Shown: piece after piece, positions 58,799 through 64,000 of the stretch
Layout of the letters: each line of letters starts with the position of its first letter
Numbering within the stretch: position 1 is the first letter of the stretch
Source: Candidatus Poribacteria bacterium
GTDB taxonomy: Bacteria > Poribacteria > WGA-4E > PCPOR2b
Assembly: GCA_965208675.1 (NCBI GenBank)
Contig: OZ242351.1
Coordinates: 2,732,633-2,796,632 of the forward strand
Reading direction: 5' to 3'
Length of the DNA stretch: 64,000 nucleotides
Translations under genes and position numbers: made by a program
The notes under the pieces: model-generated
What the model saw: the letters and a program-made list of their open reading frames with translations, nothing else
Database searches by the model: none
Told to the model about the DNA's origin: nothing

Positions 58799-58889
58799 CT
58801 CCCAAATTCTATCTGTGATGGGTAGCAGTTCCGTTCGTGGAGGAGGTTTGGGTCATTTGAGGGAATTTGACTAGGAGACTAGCAGGAGG

Positions 58890-60020
58890 TTAGTTAAGAA
58901 TCTCATAGAAAAAATTCCGCCGTTTTGGGGTGAATCCGAAGTCGGAAATTGTCCGCTCGATTTCTTCGATTGGCATGCAGTAAACCGTTCCCGCTTTACT
59001 CACAACATTCTCCTCTATCATGGTGCCGCCCATGTCATTCGCGCCGAATCTGAGGGACAACTGACCAATTTTTGGCCCCTGAGTTACCCATGAAGACTGG
59101 AAGTTGTCAAAATTGTCAAGCATCAGGCGGGATATTGCTAATGTTTTAAGATACTCAAAACTTCCAGCGGGCGGCATGTGTTCGAGGCGGGTGTTATTGG
59201 GTTGTAGCGACCAACAAATGAAAGCGGTGAATCCGCCGGTCTCGTCTTGCAACTCGCGCAAACGGAGGAGATGTTCTACGCGCTCCGCATAACTTTCGGC
59301 ATGTCCGTACATCATCGTGGCGCTTGATTTAAGCCCTACATAGTGCCCTTGCCGCATCACTTCCAACCACTCGTCCGCAGTGCATTTTTTCGGACTAATC
59401 TCGTTTCTGGCATGGTCGGTCAAAATCTCTGCGCCCCCGCCCGGAATTGAATCCAATCCAGCATCGCGCAATCGAATTAACGTCTCTTTCAGCGTAAGCC
59501 TGTTAATCTTAGCAAACCAGTCAATTTCCGGCGGTGAGAAACCGTGAATGTGGATGTCATAATTTGCCTTAATCCACTGGAGGTAATCTTCGTACCAGTC
59601 GAGCTTCAGTTTGGGGTGTAATCCGCCTTGCATCAGGATGAGAACGCCGCCGAGATCGATTGTCTCTTGAATCTTACTGCCTAACTCTGCTTTGGACATC
59701 ACATATGCGTCAGGATCGCTTTTATGGCGATAGAAACCGCAAAATTCGCAGTCGACATAGCACCAGTTAGTGTAGTTGATATTGCGATCTACAATATAGG
59801 TGATACGTCCCTCCGGGTGATTCCGCTGGCGGATGGTGTCGGCTGCACTGCCAATCGACAACAAATCGAAACTCTTAAAAAGCGTTAAACCGTCGTCAAA
59901 ATCCAATCGTTCCGCGGCTAATGCTTTTTCCAATATCGGCTGAATGGTCTCATCCATAAGGATTACTGGTTCCTTCGTTGCATTGATAGCATTTTGCATC
60001 CATAGGAATTTCACGGGCAT
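58890..60020 (-). CDS. Radical SAM enzyme of the MqnC/MqnE/CofH family (futalosine-pathway menaquinone or F420-like biosynthesis)
   Basis: CYVDCEFCGF (Cx3Cx2C). About 375 aa. LILMQGG pattern of this family. Confidence 0.7.
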   Translation of the reverse strand: MPVKFLWMQNAINATKEPVILMDETIQPILEKALAAERLDFDDGLTLFKSFDLLSIGSAADTIRQRNHPEGRITYIVDRNINYTNWCYVDCEFCGFYRHKSDPDAYVMSKAELGSKIQETIDLGGVLILMQGGLHPKLKLDWYEDYLQWIKANYDIHIHGFSPPEIDWFAKINRLTLKETLIRLRDAGLDSIPGGGAEILTDHARNEISPKKCTADEWLEVMRQGHYVGLKSSATMMYGHAESYAERVEHLLRLRELQDETGGFTAFICWSLQPNNTRLEHMPPAGSFEYLKTLAISRLMLDNFDNFQSSWVTQGPKIGQLSLRFGANDMGGTMIEENVVSKAGTVYCMPIEEIERTISDFGFTPKRRNFFYEILN

Positions 60021-60159
60021 TGATTAATGATTCGAAACCGCTTCGCTGCCAACCTGTGTTTCCAGCTTAGTATTGTATCACTTCTATCAAGCCTCGTCAA
60101 CCCAAGTTATCAACGTAGTGATCCATTCGTGCTTCAACGACTGGAACATCCCATTTCTC

Positions 60160-60756
60160 TCAGAATTCCAGTAGACGTTCAATTGACAAGGCAGCCGTGT
60201 TTTGGGGGTCAACCTGAATGGCGGCTTCCACTGCCCCTTTCGCAAGCTCCTTCTCTCCCAGATAGAAATAACATGCGCCTCTCAGCGCGTGTAAGTCTGC
60301 GATCGACTGATAATCGTGTCGAAAGAGAGTGGCGTGATCGGCTTTCAGCGCATTATCTATGGCGAGCAGCGCGGTTTGAAAGTCCGTGGGGTTTTCGCGC
60401 CGGAGAAAAAGCGTGTTTGCTAACCCGATCCACGCATCGGCATTTGACACGTCTAGACGTATAGCTTCCTCGAAAGCATCCTGTGCCTTTGCGACAATCT
60501 GAGGATTCACTGAAGAAGTCCGTGATGCGCTCAGGTGGCTCCAGCCCAAGCCGTTGCGCGCATCCGGCAGGGTCTCATCCAGATTGACTGCACGCTCAAA
60601 ACTCAAAAGTGCAGCGGAAAAATCGCCGTCATTGTAGGCAGTCCAGCCGGCAACCTGGTTTTTTCGGGCTGCCTCCGTATCAATTTCCTGATCGTTAGAA
60701 CAGCCCAACAGTACAACAAGTGAAAAACACAGGCTAACAGCGATGAAACGGTTCAT
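60160..60756 (-). CDS. TPR-repeat lipoprotein
   Basis: MNRFIAVSLCFSLVVLLGC lipobox. TPR-like repeats (AWIGLANTLFLRRENPTDFQTALLAID...). Confidence 0.65.
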   Translation of the reverse strand: MNRFIAVSLCFSLVVLLGCSNDQEIDTEAARKNQVAGWTAYNDGDFSAALLSFERAVNLDETLPDARNGLGWSHLSASRTSSVNPQIVAKAQDAFEEAIRLDVSNADAWIGLANTLFLRRENPTDFQTALLAIDNALKADHATLFRHDYQSIADLHALRGACYFYLGEKELAKGAVEAAIQVDPQNTAALSIERLLEF

Positions 60757-60830
60757 TCGATGCAGACTCCTTTAGGACGCTTCTGCACTACCTCAATAAC
60801 AAACCCTTATGTTTCCCGACAGTAGAGTTT

Positions 60831-61424
60831 TCAAGCAATCGCACGTTGATAAGAGAAATCGAGTAGAAGCCTAATCTCTTTGACTTGTGCGGCTCTTAGG
60901 AACTCCACCACGTTCTCATCGGACGTGCCCGCTGCATCCTGGCACCAATCGACAAACTGAAACGCGTCCCAGTCCGTCTTCTGCTGTATGGCTGACGCAT
61001 AATCCGCGAGTCCAGACGCGTGGTTGGATCGCTCTTCTATCAACGCTAGCACCTGTTCTCGAAGCGCCGGAAAAATGGCGTGCGCGCCTGCACGGCGGAA
61101 CCAGTATTTGGCGTTGCTATAGTCAGGCTCGCGGCGATGCATGATACCGTGCCAATAGCTGCCGGTTTGACCCTCGATTTTCTGAGAGATTTTGTGCGAT
61201 ACGTCCAAGGCATCGTTCCAAAGCAGCAACCCACTCTTCACTGAAGCGCCGAAAGTATCATCTTTAACCGCTTGGCCGTCAAAGAGTATATCTACGGAGA
61301 CTCCCTGAATTCGATTCGTTAGATCACTATTCCAATCGTTCTGTGGCACAAGCGGCGGGAGCGGACGACGCGCGTCGAGCTCTTGGACAATCGCTGCAAT
61401 TGTCGATGAATACTCTGAACCCAT
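60831..61424 (-). CDS. Hypothetical protein
   Basis: 197-aa ORF with RBS-like context. No recognisable motifs. Confidence 0.45.
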   Translation of the reverse strand: MGSEYSSTIAAIVQELDARRPLPPLVPQNDWNSDLTNRIQGVSVDILFDGQAVKDDTFGASVKSGLLLWNDALDVSHKISQKIEGQTGSYWHGIMHRREPDYSNAKYWFRRAGAHAIFPALREQVLALIEERSNHASGLADYASAIQQKTDWDAFQFVDWCQDAAGTSDENVVEFLRAAQVKEIRLLLDFSYQRAIA

Positions 61425-61752
61425 TGTGTTCTCCTTCAGTTATTCGAGCGTGGCATTTGTGTAAGACTTGAGATTTAGCTAAATTATAACCCGCGGCAAC
61501 TAGCAGAGCAAGTCAAAGTCGTACAAGCCGCAAATGTTCGGGGTGGCTGTGAACCTCCCAATATTCATAGACCGCCGTTTGTGCGGGCGCAGTATAAACC
61601 GCCCTCCATGCAAATCCGTCAAATTTGGTGCGGCGGCGACTGGGAAGGTTATATTTTGAGATTAATGCGTCACCTTAAAACACGCCAATTCGATCCGGAA
61701 TCGTCTAAAATAATTTTGTATCGTTCATATCTGTAACGAGTTCTATCCTAAC

Positions 61753-62427
61753 ATGCGTGAGAAATTACTTCAACTGTATGATAGTTTATATGCCGAATAC
61801 GGTCCGCAGAATTGGTGGCCCGCTGAGACTCCATTCGAGGTGATAATTGGAGCGATTCTTGTACAATCGACCGCATGGAAGAATGTCGATCACGCAATTA
61901 AAAATCTAAAAACCGCCGAGCTGTTAACGCCCGAACGGTTGTGCGAATGCCCCCAAGACACGCTGGAAGCGCTCATCCGTCCATCTGGCTACTACCGTGT
62001 CAAGACGAAGAAGATTCAGGCGTTCATGGAGCATCTACGAATTAATTACCGGAATAGTTTAGACGCATTATTGGCAATGGACCAGCCACCGCTTCGGGAA
62101 GAACTGCTTTCGATTTATGGAATTGGGGAAGAGACAGCGGACTCCATTCTGCTTTATGCAGCTCGCAAGCCCATCTTTGTGGTCGATGCATATACATACC
62201 GCTTACTCACACGGCTTGGCTGGACGGACGGAAAATACGACTACGGTAAATTTCAAAAAATCTTCATGGACGCTTTACCAAAGGATACCGACCTGTTTAA
62301 CGAGTATCACGCCCTGATTGTACGTCATGGTAAAGCAACATGCGCCAAAACTCCGAAATGCTCAGTGTGTGCGCTGTCTCAGCAGTGCCCTTACCCCATC
62401 TCTTGTCAAAACAAGCTAACACGATAA
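61753..62427 (+). CDS. HhH-GPD superfamily base-excision DNA glycosylase (endonuclease III-like) with C-terminal [4Fe-4S] motif
   Basis: Helix-hairpin-helix LLSIYGIGEETADSILLYAA with catalytic Asp (VVDAYTYR). CAKTPKCSVCALSQQC = C-x6-C-x2-C-x5-C. Confidence 0.8.
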   Translation: MREKLLQLYDSLYAEYGPQNWWPAETPFEVIIGAILVQSTAWKNVDHAIKNLKTAELLTPERLCECPQDTLEALIRPSGYYRVKTKKIQAFMEHLRINYRNSLDALLAMDQPPLREELLSIYGIGEETADSILLYAARKPIFVVDAYTYRLLTRLGWTDGKYDYGKFQKIFMDALPKDTDLFNEYHALIVRHGKATCAKTPKCSVCALSQQCPYPISCQNKLTR

Positions 62428-62740
62428 CGGGCATTTCCATACAGCCAAAGCCCCAGAGCGGGATCAAGCGACCGAATAGGGAGCGCGATAGAAGTTCCAA
62501 TGATTGTAACCACTCAATCGCTCAAGTATGGGTTTGGCGCTTAATTTTCAAACAAGCTCTAAGCGTTCATCAGTCGCGGGTTTATCCATGACTTTTCACC
62601 CCGCTTGTGCTATAATGATCGCAGCGAATTCAGTGGAGACAACGGACGAACTCTCAAGATTAAATAATCTGAAATAGTTAGTTCCATAGTACCTATCAAT
62701 TTTGCACGCTTGACGTCCCAGCATTCAGAGGTTGTGATAC

Positions 62741-63862
62741 ATGGCATACGCCTATACCCCAGGTCTCAAAGTTACAACAGGTTCGAAGATTCGGAAAGAG
62801 CGCAGGTTGCCGCTTAAAGGAGACGTGCTTGTCCAGAGGGGCGATGCGGTGCGTTCGGAAGACGTCGTTGCAAGAACGAACCGGCCGGGGAACGTCCAAC
62901 TAGTAAACGTTGCAAATCTCCTGAGTATTCCGCCCGAAGACGTCAAAGATTATATGCATAAAACAGAGGGAGAAGCTGTTGCAAAAGACGAAACACTCGC
63001 AATGACAAAGGGAATATTCGGGCTGTTTAGGTCACTGGCGCGTTCTCCGATTGATGGAACAATCGAGACCATCTCTAAGGTTACCGGGCAAGTGATTTTG
63101 CGTGAACCGCCGTTGCCCGTTGAAATGAAGGCATTCATCAATGGAACGGTTGTAGAGGTTTTTCCCGATAAAGGCGTCGTTGTAGAAGCATATGGGACGT
63201 ACGTTCAGGGAATTTTCGGCGTTGGAGGTGAAGCCGTCGGTACCATGAACGTAGTTGTTGATTCGCCCAATGCGCCACTGACGCCGGACGCCATTCAGAC
63301 TACACATCGCGGCAAAATCCTCGTAGGCGGCTCCATCGTTGGGTATGACGCGCTTCAGGAAGCCATACGGTGCGGCGTAAAAGGAGTTGTCGCGGGTGGA
63401 ATAAACGACACCGATCTCCGGAAGTTCTTGGGTTACGAACTCGGCGTCGCAATCACGGGTACAGAAGCACTTGGGATTACGCTTATCATTACTGAAGGTT
63501 TTGGCAAAATTAGTATGGCAGGGCGTACATATAATTTGCTCAAAGATCAGGAAGGGATGCAAGCCTCAATTAACGGTGCCACGCAAATTCGAGCCGGGGT
63601 CGTGCGCCCCGAAATTGTCATACCATTTGAAAATCGTGAACAATCCCCCCAAACCGCGCATGAAAGCGGCGTGCTTGAAGTCGATACTCCTATCCGCATT
63701 ATCCGTGAACCCTATTTCGGGCAACTTGGACGTGTCACCGCCTTGCCGGTCGACCTTCAACAGCTTGAAACTGAAGCAAATGTGCGGGTACTGGAAGTTG
63801 AGCTAGATGACGGCGCACGCATCACACTGCCGCGCGCAAATGTGGAGATTATTGAGGCGTAA
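62741..63862 (+). CDS. Conserved hypothetical protein
   Basis: 373-aa ORF. No motifs that could be assigned with confidence. Confidence 0.5.
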   Translation: MAYAYTPGLKVTTGSKIRKERRLPLKGDVLVQRGDAVRSEDVVARTNRPGNVQLVNVANLLSIPPEDVKDYMHKTEGEAVAKDETLAMTKGIFGLFRSLARSPIDGTIETISKVTGQVILREPPLPVEMKAFINGTVVEVFPDKGVVVEAYGTYVQGIFGVGGEAVGTMNVVVDSPNAPLTPDAIQTTHRGKILVGGSIVGYDALQEAIRCGVKGVVAGGINDTDLRKFLGYELGVAITGTEALGITLIITEGFGKISMAGRTYNLLKDQEGMQASINGATQIRAGVVRPEIVIPFENREQSPQTAHESGVLEVDTPIRIIREPYFGQLGRVTALPVDLQQLETEANVRVLEVELDDGARITLPRANVEIIEA

Positions 63863-64000
63863 AGGACGGCGCTAAGCATTTCCAAAAATGAGAATGTTGT
63901 CGGGCGTTTCCAAGTAGACGCTTGAACCACACAATGCATTTCACCGGTAAATCGTTATGAATAACAACCGCAAAGACAATTCGAATCGTGCATTAACCGT

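Overview
This 64-kb window appears to come from an uncultured bacterium of roughly 50% GC. No rRNA genes, tRNA genes, CRISPR arrays or transposases were found.

Positions 1-22,300 and 46,800-64,000 are mostly ordinary chromosome. They carry rseP, rarA, purC, a UdgA-type uracil-DNA glycosylase, a radical-SAM HemN/HemW-like gene, an Fe-ADH/ALDH pair, a ParA-like ATPase gene next to a CHAD-domain gene, a polyprenyl-phosphate sugar transferase, a MqnC/E-like radical-SAM gene and an endonuclease III-like gene. The same stretches also hold many secreted or repeat proteins: WD40, TPR, PQQ-propeller, LamG and an ASPIC/UnbV FG-GAP protein.

The centre of the window (22.3-46.6 kb, minus strand) is an accessory array of at least nine paralogous genes. 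Each encodes, in one polypeptide, an ECF sigma-70 factor (regions 2 and 4), a single transmembrane helix, an acidic Ser/Pro/Glu linker, and a conserved C-terminal extracytoplasmic module of about 110 aa. That module ends in the motif VGDEFHFRL...KMRK-DG-WRIY. Two paralogs also carry an M16 (HxxEH) peptidase domain between the helix and the module.

Each paralog is preceded by a conserved intergenic cassette of about 130 bp. The cassette has a 9-bp-stem hairpin with a T-tract (an intrinsic terminator), then three phased AATCC repeats in a conserved candidate promoter core, then a conserved leader. Degenerate copies of the cassette also precede an Omp85/POTRA gene and a dienelactone hydrolase gene.

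The array shows signs of rapid turnover. Three paralogs have single-base premature stop codons. Three copies lack the sigma domain. An orphan C-terminal fragment is present. A segment containing the rarA 3' end and the tail of a family gene occurs twice, at about 14.75-15.04 kb and 22.34-22.68 kb.

Other points: a WD40-metzincin fusion runs off the left edge; a hicBA pair has its toxin gene interrupted by TGA; a ParA-like ATPase is paired with a CHAD protein; and a probable small-molecule catabolic cluster sits downstream (epimerase, two aldolases, cupins, PhyH dioxygenases).
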